A stretch of 64,000 bases of DNA from Desulfatiglandales bacterium (GTDB lineage: Bacteria; Desulfobacterota; DSM-4660; Desulfatiglandales; HGW-15), in the NCBI GenBank assembly GCA_049366815.1, contig JBMNCO010000068.1:30256-94255 (forward strand), read 5' to 3'. A program made the position numbers and the translations under genes. The first letter of the stretch is position 1. Every line of letters begins with the position of its first letter. Below the pieces are notes generated by a model. It was not told the origin of the DNA, made no database searches, and saw only the letters and a program-made list of their open reading frames with translations. Positions 1 to 8,403 of this stretch are shown here, one piece after another.

Positions 1-2496
1 GCAGGCCAGGAAGAGGAAATTGCCCTCTTGGACCAGCGGGTCAAGGGAAGGCATGCCCTGCTGAAGGAGGCCAAGGAGGTCTATGAAGAGGCCAGGACAA
101 GGGTCAATTCCCGGATGTCCAAAGAAATGAGTCTATCCCAGGAATCCGGTTACCTCAGGCAACGGATTGAAGAGATTACAGACGGCCGCTCGCGACTCGA
201 AAAGGAAAAAGAGGAAGTCCGGCTCAAGATCGAACACATCGCCCAGGTGTCACAGAGAAAAATCGAGGTCAGGGAGGCCCTGCTGGATAAGCTCGAGGCG
301 ATTGAGCAGGACACGCTGCGGGAAAAGACAAAAACCGCTGAATTGACCCAGGTCGGGAAAGAGATGGAGGCTCAACTCAAATCTGTTGAAACAGACCTCA
401 ACCGGCACCAGTCTCGCTTGGCCACCCTCCGATCCATGGCCGAAAACTTTGAAGGTTGCAAGCTCGGCGTACGGACCATCATGAAGTCCGATGACCTCGA
501 ACCAAGGCGTGCTGGCCGGATCTTGGGGCTCGTGGCCGATATTATGCGGGTAGATCCCGAATTCGAGCTGGCGGTGGAATCCGTCCTCGGCGACAAACTG
601 CAGTGCATCATCGTGGAAAGCCAGAAGGACGGCAAAGACGCGGTTGATTATCTGAGGGAACGATCCAAAGGCAGAAGCAGTTTCATTCCCCTGGCCGACC
701 TTAACGGCAACGGGAATCATGCCAATCGCAATGGCCACCTCCTCTTGAAGGATATTGTCTCCGTGCCGGAGACCTACCGAAATCTGATGGACGTGCTCCT
801 GGGGGATGCCGCGCTGGTCGACGACCTGGGCCAGGCCCTGTCCTCGTGGGCCGGAAACGGCAAAAATCAGTGCCTCGTGACCCGCGACGGGGATATCGTA
901 GACCCCTCCGGCATCATCAGCGGCGGAAGGTTGGCCCATACATCCCACGGGATTCTTGCCAGAAAAAGAGAGATCGACGACCTTCAGGAAAGAGTCACAT
1001 CCCTGGAGGGAGCGAGGGAGGAACTCGACAGAAGGGTAAACGAAAACAGCCTTGAAATAGACCAAAGAAAGGCCCTCCTGGAGGGGCTGATGGAGGAGAG
1101 GGCCGAGTGTCAGGATAAGATCAACGAACTTGACAAGGAAAACTTCCGACTCAGCCATGAAATGGATCAGCTTGAAAGCCTGTCTGAACGCATCACCGAA
1201 GATCTCGAAAAAAAGGGCAGAGAGCAAAGCAAGCATCGGGAGGCCCTTGTCAGGATTCAGTCGGAGTTGGAGGAGTGCAAGGAATTCAGGGAGCGGGAAG
1301 AATCCTTCTTCCAGGAGAAGGAGTTCGAGTTGAAAGACAGCGAGGAAGAACTCGAGAAGTTCCGGGAAGAACTGGCAACACTAAAGACAGCCTACAGTCT
1401 CTCAAGAGAGGAAGAAAGGGGGCTGGCAAGAGAGCTGGAAAGGATAGATGACTTCACTTACGAGGCCGAAAGAAGGCTGGACACTATAGGCAAAGAAATC
1501 TCAGGAGCAGAGGTCAAATCCCAGGAATATCTTCTGCGGGAAGAGGCCTTGCGGGAGGAACTGCAGGTCCTGTATGAGAGGATGGAACTTGCCAGCGATC
1601 ACGTCACCCTGGCAGAGGGGGATCGCAATCAGACCTGGAGCCGGATTCGGGAAGAAGAAAGGAAGTCGGAAGATCTCCGCGGAGAGATCGAGATCCTCAA
1701 GGAAAAGATCCACAGGGCCAGGATGGAACAATCGGAAATCAAATTCAAGATGAACAGTCTCGTGGAACTCGTCAGAGACAAATTTAACCTTGATTTGTCG
1801 GAAGTCTATATGAAGCACCTCGAGGAGGATTTCTCACTCGCGGAGACCCGGGAGAGGCTGGAGCATCAGAAAAAACTCAAAGAAAGGCTGGGGGATGTCA
1901 ACCTGACGGCCATTCAGGAACACGAGGCACTGAAAGAACGATTTGAATTCATCACGGCTCAGAGGGCTGATCTCCTCACCTCCATGGACGCTTTGAAAGA
2001 GGCGATTCGAAAAATCAACAAGACTTGTCTGGAAAGATTCATGACAACCTTTGAGGAGGTGAACAGCAAGTTAAAAGAGGTCTTTCCGATCCTTTTCAGC
2101 GGAGGCAGTGCCTGTCTGAAGTTGACGGATGAGACCAGGCCCCTGGAGAGCGGGGTCGTTGTGGAAGTCCACCCCCCCGGCAAGAAGGTCAGCCACATGG
2201 CCCTTCTTTCAGGCGGAGAAAAGGCCCTGGTGGCCATGGCTCTTCTGTTTGCCATCTATCTCATCAAGCCAAGTCCCTTTTGTCTGCTCGACGAGGTCGA
2301 CGCCCCTCTCGATGAGGCCAATATCGATCGTTTCAATGAGCTGTTAAGGAAAATTGTGGAGGTCTCCCAGATCATCATGGTGACCCACAGTCGGCGATCC
2401 ATGGAAATCGCTGACAGACTTTACGGGGTCACCATGGAAAAACGCGGGGTGTCCACCCTGGTCTCGGTCAACATAAACGCCTATAGTAACAATTAA
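1..2496 (+). CDS. smc: Chromosome segregation protein SMC, C-terminal ~830 aa; the 5' end lies upstream of the window
   Basis: The frame is open from nt 1; the track start at 28 is an internal TTG. Long E/K/R/L-rich coiled coil. Hinge-like block GRILGLVADIMRVDPEFELAVESVLGDKLQCIIVE. C-terminal ABC signature LSGGEKALVAMALLFAI and Walker B FCLLDEVDAPLD. Confidence 0.95.
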   Translation, partial: AGQEEEIALLDQRVKGRHALLKEAKEVYEEARTRVNSRMSKEMSLSQESGYLRQRIEEITDGRSRLEKEKEEVRLKIEHIAQVSQRKIEVREALLDKLEAIEQDTLREKTKTAELTQVGKEMEAQLKSVETDLNRHQSRLATLRSMAENFEGCKLGVRTIMKSDDLEPRRAGRILGLVADIMRVDPEFELAVESVLGDKLQCIIVESQKDGKDAVDYLRERSKGRSSFIPLADLNGNGNHANRNGHLLLKDIVSVPETYRNLMDVLLGDAALVDDLGQALSSWAGNGKNQCLVTRDGDIVDPSGIISGGRLAHTSHGILARKREIDDLQERVTSLEGAREELDRRVNENSLEIDQRKALLEGLMEERAECQDKINELDKENFRLSHEMDQLESLSERITEDLEKKGREQSKHREALVRIQSELEECKEFREREESFFQEKEFELKDSEEELEKFREELATLKTAYSLSREEERGLARELERIDDFTYEAERRLDTIGKEISGAEVKSQEYLLREEALREELQVLYERMELASDHVTLAEGDRNQTWSRIREEERKSEDLRGEIEILKEKIHRARMEQSEIKFKMNSLVELVRDKFNLDLSEVYMKHLEEDFSLAETRERLEHQKKLKERLGDVNLTAIQEHEALKERFEFITAQRADLLTSMDALKEAIRKINKTCLERFMTTFEEVNSKLKEVFPILFSGGSACLKLTDETRPLESGVVVEVHPPGKKVSHMALLSGGEKALVAMALLFAIYLIKPSPFCLLDEVDAPLDEANIDRFNELLRKIVEVSQIIMVTHSRRSMEIADRLYGVTMEKRGVSTLVSVNINAYSNN

Positions 2497-2651
2497 TCCC
2501 TGTCCTTACGACCCGGAAACTCGAGGCGTCCGCCCTATAAATTTCGCTCCTCACATCACTTCCCGACCGCCCCTCGGCTCACCGGCGGGTGGATGAGGAG
2601 CGGGCTCGCTTTGCATTCCTTGTTTCTTTCTCTCCCACATAACATAAGACG

Positions 2652-3272
2652 CTATCGGTCTGTCATGGCGAGCTTGACACCAAGGGCCGCAAAGGTGGCT
2701 GCAAATGATCGTTGAAGCCACAAAATTAACTTCGGTGAGTTGATAACGCGTCGGCTGACCCCATTTGCCGCAACACCATACAAAATAAAGACGATCAGCG
2801 TCATCGCCATAAAGACACCGCTCAGGATAAACAGTTCAAACATGGGTGATGAGGCCCCCGGCGAGATAAAAAGCGGCAGAAAGGCCAAGAAGAATATCGA
2901 CAGCTTGGGGTTGAGGATATTGAGCAAAAACCCTCTCAATGCGATCCGCCGAAGGGCATTCCTCGAGGAAGGCGAATTGAATCTTATGCCACCCGTCTCA
3001 CGCCACATGGACCACGCAAGGTAGAGTAAATAGATAGCCCCTGCAAATTTAACACACTGAAAGGCAACGGCACTCATATGAAGAATGGCGGATAGCCCCA
3101 GTACGCTTGCCGATAAGTGGGGGATAATACCTGCCGTGCAACCGAATGCGGCAGAAATACTCGCTCGCCAGCCGAGAAAAAGGCCTGTCGAAACAGTATA
3201 AATCACTCCCGTTCCTGGAATCAGAACCACGATCAGTGATGTCAGCAGAAATTCTGCGTTAAACATGAGCAT
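2652..3272 (-). CDS. LysE/RhtB-family amino-acid exporter
   Basis: 206 aa with about 6 hydrophobic helices. LTSLIVVLIPGTGVIYTV and FQCVKFAGAIYLLYLAWSMW blocks are typical of LysE/RhtB translocators. The ATG at 3266 (third codon) has a better-spaced AGGGG SD and may be the true start. Confidence 0.8.
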   Translation of the reverse strand: MLMFNAEFLLTSLIVVLIPGTGVIYTVSTGLFLGWRASISAAFGCTAGIIPHLSASVLGLSAILHMSAVAFQCVKFAGAIYLLYLAWSMWRETGGIRFNSPSSRNALRRIALRGFLLNILNPKLSIFFLAFLPLFISPGASSPMFELFILSGVFMAMTLIVFILYGVAANGVSRRVINSPKLILWLQRSFAATFAALGVKLAMTDR

Positions 3273-3430
3273 CCCCTTCTATATTTTATCTGAATTTCTT
3301 TGGGCTCATCTGATGGAACAGAAGGTTCACCGCTCGTCGGCTTGATCGGCGATCCAGCGGACCCTCAGGCGATGAAAAACGCCTGTATCGCTCTTGTCGG
3401 CCTCCTGTGGAGTGCCTGTTTTGGCCCCCA

Positions 3431-3439
3431 ATTATATCA
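3431..3439 (-). promoter_or_regulatory. Candidate extended -10 promoter (TGaTATAAT) for the LysE gene
   Basis: The minus strand reads ATGATATAAT, a perfect TATAAT preceded by TGn. No convincing -35. This would give a ~150-nt leader containing a CAGGCG/CGCCTG hairpin. Confidence 0.3.
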
Positions 3440-3506
3440 TTCTTCAGCAATGTCCGGACAGGCCGATTTTTCTTTCTCCCCAAGGCGTCTATGTCGAGAG
3501 ATTGAA

Positions 3507-4265
3507 TCAGTAGGCCGACCTGCAGTCAATTCCCAGCCTGGTACACGCATTCGCTATCTTGTTTTGAATACTATGAAAGTATTTGTCGGTGTTCTTTTCG
3601 TCCCACCCTCTTTCTTTATAGATTTTATCTGCGTGTCGGTAATTCATGCGATCGATAATGATGTAGTCGACATTTTCCGGCAGCAATTGGATCAGGTTCT
3701 CGGCCTCAGGAAGGATCGGTGCAATCATCACATAAGTCCTGATACCATTCTGATGCAAAAATTCAATAGATCTCAACCGTTCCGTTATAGAGGGCGCATC
3801 GGGTTCAAATACTTTTCTTATTTCATCATTCGAGGTGGTGATTGAAAGCCCCACTTCGATGTTTTTTGATTTTTTAAACAGGTCCATATCTCGGAGGACC
3901 AGGGAGGATCGTGTCTGAATGACCAGCGGCCAATCGTTCTGCACCAGGATGTCGAGACATTTCCTGCTGAGCAGGTATTCGGCCTCCAGGGGTTGATATG
4001 GGTCACAAACCCCGCTCATCCATACCGTCCCTTTGCTTTTCTTCTTTATTTCTTTACACAGTAAGTCGGATGCATTGATTTTTACATCCACAAAAGAACC
4101 CCAGGGTTCCATATGCCCGGTGAATCTTTTCATAAATCTGGCATAACAATAAGTGCACGCATGTTGACATCCGACATAGGGGTTTATGACGTAGTCATAG
4201 ACTTTTGAGCGAGAAAGAATGGTTTTGGATTGAATTTCCTCTATCTTCATTTTGTAGGGGAGCAC
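3507..4265 (-). CDS. Radical SAM protein, COG1533 / spore-photoproduct-lyase-like family
   Basis: CxxxCxxC cluster motif in VGCQHACTYCYARF near the N-terminus; ~250 aa. Low GC (42/100 in sample 3601-3700). The track start is GTG; an ATG lies at 4250. Confidence 0.8.
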   Translation of the reverse strand: MLPYKMKIEEIQSKTILSRSKVYDYVINPYVGCQHACTYCYARFMKRFTGHMEPWGSFVDVKINASDLLCKEIKKKSKGTVWMSGVCDPYQPLEAEYLLSRKCLDILVQNDWPLVIQTRSSLVLRDMDLFKKSKNIEVGLSITTSNDEIRKVFEPDAPSITERLRSIEFLHQNGIRTYVMIAPILPEAENLIQLLPENVDYIIIDRMNYRHADKIYKERGWDEKNTDKYFHSIQNKIANACTRLGIDCRSAY

Positions 4266-4314
4266 AACATGCTCTCAAGCGTGGGGTGTGGAATCACCCA
4301 TTTTTCTCAACAGA

Positions 4315-4929
4315 TTAAGGGATTACCCAGGATGCATCCATGCGATTGCCATCCCAATGAAATTTCGCCCTGATATTGCCCGTCAGTCTCAGCAGGAGCC
4401 AGTCCATTTCATCGAATCTGCAGACTATGGCGGCGAAATTTTTGCGGGCCATCGAATGATCAAACACTTTGGGTACCTTATCGCGGAGAAAGTCCGGCAG
4501 ACCCGAAGTCCCTTGCTCTGAGGGCGAACCCGGCGGGATTTCGCCGCAGTAATTGATGCGACTTCTCAGGCGCACCTTTTTCCATTGGGATTCAGCCGTC
4601 TCATCATGGGCATGGATCGAAGCGGTTCCGGAAAGGCGCACCTGTATCCACTTTCCGGGATGATAAAATAACCAACTCACATGGGGATTATCAAGGATCT
4701 GTGCAACCTTGGGGGTTCGGGCATCGCAGTGACATACCAATGTCCGTTCATTTTCTGAAAACCCCCTCAGGATCACGGTCCGCACCTCGGGCTTGTTGCC
4801 GTTCATGGTGGTGAGGGCAGGTCGGTAAAAAGGGTGTCTGAAGTTGCGAACCCCCTCATGGACAAGACTCCAGCTCGATTTGAGAACGCCTTCCAGTGTT
4901 GAAATATCTTCTTTTTTCCCAAATATCAT
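4315..4929 (-). CDS. Pyridoxamine 5'-phosphate oxidase (PNPOx)-like FMN-binding family protein
   Basis: 204 aa. Pattern PEVRTVILRGF...LVCHCDARTPKVAQILDNPHVSWLFYHP...QVRLSG resembles the split-barrel PNPOx fold. No SD is visible, because the transposon inverted repeat starts ~15 nt upstream of the ATG. Confidence 0.65.
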   Translation of the reverse strand: MIFGKKEDISTLEGVLKSSWSLVHEGVRNFRHPFYRPALTTMNGNKPEVRTVILRGFSENERTLVCHCDARTPKVAQILDNPHVSWLFYHPGKWIQVRLSGTASIHAHDETAESQWKKVRLRSRINYCGEIPPGSPSEQGTSGLPDFLRDKVPKVFDHSMARKNFAAIVCRFDEMDWLLLRLTGNIRAKFHWDGNRMDASWVIP

Positions 4930-4943
4930 AAGAATAAGAATGA

Positions 4944-4977
4944 GAATGGGGTCACATCTTGATTTGTGAATTGAGAG
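4944..4977. repeat. Left terminal inverted repeat of the Y1-transposase unit
   Basis: 33/34 match to the reverse complement of 5967-6000. Internal hairpin TCACA (4952-4956) / TGTGA (4965-4969). Contains the transposase stop codon. Confidence 0.85.
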
Positions 4978-5917
4978 AATCCTGCTTTCTTTTCCAGTTC
5001 TTGTCTTTCTGCAGTTGCCTCTTTACTCTCCTCACAATATGGCTTACGGCTGAATAGCTCACCTCGAAAAACTTTCCGATCTCCTCGTTCGTAAATGCCC
5101 TCTTCTCCCAAAGGAGATATACCAAGAGATCCCTGTCTTCCCTTTCCTCTCCGTAAAGCCGCCCCATTTCCCTGAACCGATTCAGATCGCGCCCGAGCAA
5201 GGCTGAGGCCCGCATCAGGTATTCATCGGCATCGATCATCCCCACCATTCCCCTTTGCTGGGGCACTTCCCGATCAGGCTTCACCGAAATATATCTTGAT
5301 TTGACCCGTTCCACAAACTCCTCTGTCCCCAACATGAGCCCGTGCCGGAAATCCTCCCAGAGATCCTTTTCCTCCTCTGCGTATCTTTGCACTTTCTCTC
5401 GATATGCCTTTCGAGGATCAGGACCCGAGAAAAGGGAGAGCACCATGTCCATTTTCAGCCACTCGGGGGCCTTGCGCCGGTAGGCATAGGCCGGGTAGCT
5501 GCTCCACTTGTAGTCCATGAGTCGTTTTACCATCCCGGCCCGCAGTGGATTTCGGTGAATATAGCAGGATAGCTCCACGGCGTACGATTCATTTTCCACG
5601 AGAATGCTCTTGAATCGCCCTTGGAAAAGATGGCCCCTTCGGCTATGACGATTATTGAACCTGCGGGTATAGGTCAAACCGAGCCATTGCATGGCCCTTG
5701 ACAAATTGCCAAGGTTTGTTCGCAATAGAAGGTGGTAGTGGTTTGACATCAGCACAAAGGCAAAGACATCTACGTCAAACCGATCACAGGTTTCTCCAAC
5801 GGTCTCCAGGAACAGGCCCTTGTCCTCGTCACCATAAAATATATCCCTTCCCTCGTTTCCGCGGGAAAGGATGTGGTAATAGGCCCCTTCATATTCAATC
5901 CGCCATGGCCTCGCCAT
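4952..5917 (-). CDS. Y1/HUH transposase (IS200-like, Y1_Tnp domain) with a C-terminal DnaA-domain-IV-like HTH
   Basis: N-terminus WRIEYEGAYYHILSRGN. HUH motif in LMSNHYHLLLRT. Catalytic-Tyr helix CYIHRNPLRAG. C-terminus RDLLVYLLWEKRAFTNEEIGKFFEVSYSAVSHIVRRV resembles the DnaA C-terminal DNA-binding domain. Confidence 0.85.
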   Translation of the reverse strand: MARPWRIEYEGAYYHILSRGNEGRDIFYGDEDKGLFLETVGETCDRFDVDVFAFVLMSNHYHLLLRTNLGNLSRAMQWLGLTYTRRFNNRHSRRGHLFQGRFKSILVENESYAVELSCYIHRNPLRAGMVKRLMDYKWSSYPAYAYRRKAPEWLKMDMVLSLFSGPDPRKAYREKVQRYAEEEKDLWEDFRHGLMLGTEEFVERVKSRYISVKPDREVPQQRGMVGMIDADEYLMRASALLGRDLNRFREMGRLYGEEREDRDLLVYLLWEKRAFTNEEIGKFFEVSYSAVSHIVRRVKRQLQKDKNWKRKQDSLNSQIKM

Positions 5918-5966
5918 TCCTTGTCAGCCCTCCTCACGCAAATCGAGACTGCAGACGATATAGCAT

Positions 5967-6000
5967 CTCACAATTCACAAATCAAGATGTGACCCCATTC
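5967..6000. repeat. Right terminal inverted repeat of the Y1-transposase unit
   Basis: Reverse complement of 4944-4977 with one mismatch. Weaker similarity extends ~5 nt outward (ATGnGAATGGGG). Encodes the last 7 codons and the stop of the PfkB kinase gene. Confidence 0.85.
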
Positions 6001-6874
6001 GCATCCTCGCAAGAGCCTCATCCATGCTTCCCTTGAAGGGGCCGGGAGATTCCATCTTGATGGAGACGACGGCGGCCGCAAACCGGAGGCTGTCTTCTAT
6101 GGAATGGTCCAGCCTTCTGGCCAGATATGCGCCGAAGGTCGTATCTCCCCGACCGGTCCTCCCTTCAATACTCCTGTTTGAGAACGGCTCGAAGTATTCC
6201 CGCCCCTCGGCCCTCACCAAAACTCCGTCGGCGCGGGTAACCATCGTCTCAGGGCTTCCCCACGTCTCGACTATGCGGGCTGCCCGGGATAGGTCGGCCG
6301 TCCCCGTCAACAGTTCGGCCTCGACGACGTCAAGCTTCACGGCCTCGGCCATACCTATGATTTCCTTCTTGCGGGGTACGTCTCGAAAATGAATGACACC
6401 GGTAAGGGCGTCGACCTGACGCACGAAGCTCTGTATATCAACGGAAAGATCGTAACCGCGTGTCTTGAGGGCCGACATGAATTCCACGGTGAATTCCCGG
6501 TCCGAAAGACCGGCGAGATGGATGAGGCGTGGTTTTTCGGGAAAGCGGATCTCCGCGTGTTCGAAAGACCCCGCATTCTTCGTTTGAAATATCGCTCTCT
6601 CGTCCGGGTTTTCAGTCCCATGGACGACACGCTGATGGGTGGTTTCCGCAGAGGGCTGGACATAAACATCAATACCTTTTGCCTTGAGCGGGTCGAAAAG
6701 ATGGTAATCGTCGCCGGCCATACGTGTAATCACGGCGATCTTGAGGCCCGGCAGGCATGCGGCCACGGGCGAGTAGAGGGCCGCTCCGCCCGTCTCAATG
6801 CTGGTTTTCCCCCTGAACCTCTGGATCTCGTCGATGCAAATGTGCCCAATAAAAACAATGTCGTAAGGATGCAT
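5975..6874 (-). CDS. PfkB-family carbohydrate/ribokinase-like kinase
   Basis: Start chosen at ATG 6874 (MHPYDIVFIGHICIDE) with a GGAG SD 6 nt upstream; the track start at 6922 is less likely. C-terminal GRGDTTFGAYLA matches the PfkB anion-hole/ATP motif. The C-terminal 7 codons lie in the transposon repeat. Confidence 0.8.
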   Translation of the reverse strand: MHPYDIVFIGHICIDEIQRFRGKTSIETGGAALYSPVAACLPGLKIAVITRMAGDDYHLFDPLKAKGIDVYVQPSAETTHQRVVHGTENPDERAIFQTKNAGSFEHAEIRFPEKPRLIHLAGLSDREFTVEFMSALKTRGYDLSVDIQSFVRQVDALTGVIHFRDVPRKKEIIGMAEAVKLDVVEAELLTGTADLSRAARIVETWGSPETMVTRADGVLVRAEGREYFEPFSNRSIEGRTGRGDTTFGAYLARRLDHSIEDSLRFAAAVVSIKMESPGPFKGSMDEALARMRMGSHLDL

Positions 6875-6931
6875 TATAACTCCTGATACGGGAGCGGCCG
6901 GACATGCTTTCGACCGGCCCATGAGCCTGCC

Positions 6932-7063
6932 TCACGGTGTCATTCCCGTTTCTACCGGCAGATCCTGAATATTTGACCACTCATTAAAGCTGCCGTCATA
7001 GTTCCGGACATTCGTGTAGCCCAACAGGCATTTCAAGATCATTTCTCTGCAATGACCAGCATT
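6932..7063 (-). pseudogene. Remnant of the 3' end of a rhodanese-domain (sulfurtransferase) gene
   Basis: The minus frame reads ...[35 protein letters not shown]. This matches the conserved rhodanese C-terminus (G-Y/F-x-N-V-x-x-Y-D-G-S-W/F-x-E-W). The frame is closed by a stop at 7064-7066, has no N-terminal domain or catalytic loop, and overlaps the 3' end of the methyltransferase gene. Confidence 0.55.
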
Positions 7064-7800
7064 TCAAAATCCTCAGTCGATAGTTCGTCATTCCGACTGA
7101 AGGCACCAAGCTTCGCACCGAAAATATCAATGACATTGAAATCAAGGGTTTTTAACAGCCAGGTTATTTCCGAGGGCGTATAATACCTTTCGTTGCAATG
7201 GAGTTCTTTTTTATTCCCAAGATCATCTTCGGTATGTAGGGTGTTGTGTTCCCGGAAAGTCATCAAATCGAATGAAATGCCGTCGCATTCTGCGTTCCCT
7301 TCTTTTGTGCTCGAATCAAGGAAATCTTTGACGGAATGGAACAGAGGGAATAAGGCATTCAGGGTGGTCAATATCATTTTTCCTCTCTGAGTCAGGGCAT
7401 TGGAGGCATTCCTCAGAATCTGATAATTCATTTCATCAGTCTCCATCAGCGGGAATCCTCCTTCGCACAACATGATGACCAGGTCAAATTCATGGCGGAA
7501 TGGAAGATTTCTGGCATCATGCTTTTGAAAATGAATTTGCAGATGCTCCATGGATGCCTTTTGTCTTGCTCGTTCTAATTGCGAATCTGAAAGATCGACC
7601 CCCACAACAGTATATCCTCTTTTTGTCAGCTCAATTGCATGTCTGCCTGTCCCACATCCAATATCCAGTATTCTCAAGTTCTTATCATAACCCGTCTCTT
7701 TTTCGATAAAGTCGCATTCACCCATGGTGCCGTGGGTGAAGCACTCATTATCATACCTCATTGCGTAATTTTCAAATAGTTCTTCATACCATTGTTTCAC
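7039..7800 (-). CDS. Class I SAM-dependent methyltransferase
   Basis: Motif [32 protein letters not shown] start with an AAGGG SD. Low GC (44/100 in sample 7081-7180). Confidence 0.85.
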   Translation of the reverse strand: MKQWYEELFENYAMRYDNECFTHGTMGECDFIEKETGYDKNLRILDIGCGTGRHAIELTKRGYTVVGVDLSDSQLERARQKASMEHLQIHFQKHDARNLPFRHEFDLVIMLCEGGFPLMETDEMNYQILRNASNALTQRGKMILTTLNALFPLFHSVKDFLDSSTKEGNAECDGISFDLMTFREHNTLHTEDDLGNKKELHCNERYYTPSEITWLLKTLDFNVIDIFGAKLGAFSRNDELSTEDFEMLVIAEK

Positions 7801-8095
7801 GTTGTCATACCCTTTCGTTTTGGCCCTAATGAAAAGCTGAACCGGAGCGGCCCAGCGCGGGCTCCGATCGCCTCCAGCGCCACGTCGGCGATGTCATTTC
7901 ATTGATTCAATAATCTCGATTACACTCTGCACGCAAGGCACGCATACCGTGTTTAACAAATCATTCTCTTTCCCGTTGAAGGATCGTTTAGCGTCTATGA
8001 TGGTAGACTTTTTGGGATCGGATAGGAAGAAAATTTGGCAAAATACGAAAAAAGTGCCGCGATGCCCGGAAATCAGGGCACCTTGCCGGGGCCGT

Positions 8096-8123
8096 GACGC
8101 AGTGATCAGCTGCGCGTCTTTTT
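8096..8123 (+). terminator. Orphan plus-strand intrinsic-terminator-like hairpin
   Basis: GACGC-AGTGATCAGCTGC-GCGTC followed by TTTTT (8119-8123). No annotated plus-strand gene lies upstream. Confidence 0.35.
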
Positions 8124-8321
8124 AAGCCGAGCCGTGCTCTTCTATCCTGGAGACCTGCCCTCGGACTCGGCGTGGAACCGAACGAAATCCCTCCCCCTCG
8201 ACGTCTTTTAATGAGATACCTGCTTGTCTTTTCCCCCATTTTTCATTATTTTGGGGAACCGCAAAGAAACGCGCCGCAGGACGGGATCTGCGCTTCAGCT
8301 CGACAGGTTGCAGGGCACCCT

Positions 8322-8361
8322 GAGGCGGATTGCACGCAAGCCCATGACCGAGGCGGATGCA
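8322..8361 (+). repeat. Direct repeat GAGGCGGAT(T)GCA x2, 28-nt period, upstream of ftsY
   Basis: 8322-8334 GAGGCGGATTGCA and 8350-8361 GAGGCGGATGCA, 40-80 nt upstream of the ftsY ATG. Confidence 0.4.
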
Positions 8362-8403
8362 ACCCTCCGGGGTCGAGGATAGGTCACAAGGAGTAACGGA
8401 CAC

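Larger units (their letters stand above)
4944..6000 (-). mobile_element. 1,057-bp Y1 (HUH) transposase unit bounded by 34-bp inverted repeats (IS200-like / REP-RAYT-like architecture)
   Basis: One ORF (4952..5917) is flanked by GAATGGGGTCACATCTTGATTTGTGAATTGAGAG (4944-4977) and its reverse complement at 5967-6000 (33/34 identical). Each repeat contains a small hairpin, TCACA-n8-TGTGA. Confidence 0.7.

Noticed and set aside
250-1236. Long antisense or overlapping ORFs in the track. Examples: 250..1236(-), 8122..8943(-), 22288..23172(-), 24665..25894(-), 31507..33027(+), 32900..34348(+), 52520..53386(+), 53531..54493(+), 60523..61575(+).
   Set aside because: Each lies opposite a gene with strong family motifs. 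Their translations are low-complexity (R/G/P/H-rich) with no recognisable motifs or SD sequences. This is the typical stop-codon-poor antisense frame of GC-rich DNA.
2497-2651. GC-rich inverted repeat CGCTCCTCA...TGAGGAGCG with nested CCGCC/GGCGG after the smc stop.
   Set aside because: It is plausibly just a factor-dependent or weak terminator structure. There is no U-run, and I saw no repeat copies elsewhere in the window.
4926-6036. Two track ORFs (4926..5111 - and 5698..6036 +) share the peptide SQFTNQDVTPF, which looks like a repeated protein module.
   Set aside because: The shared peptide is simply the translation of the 34-bp inverted repeats of the Y1-transposase unit. Neither ORF has independent coding support.
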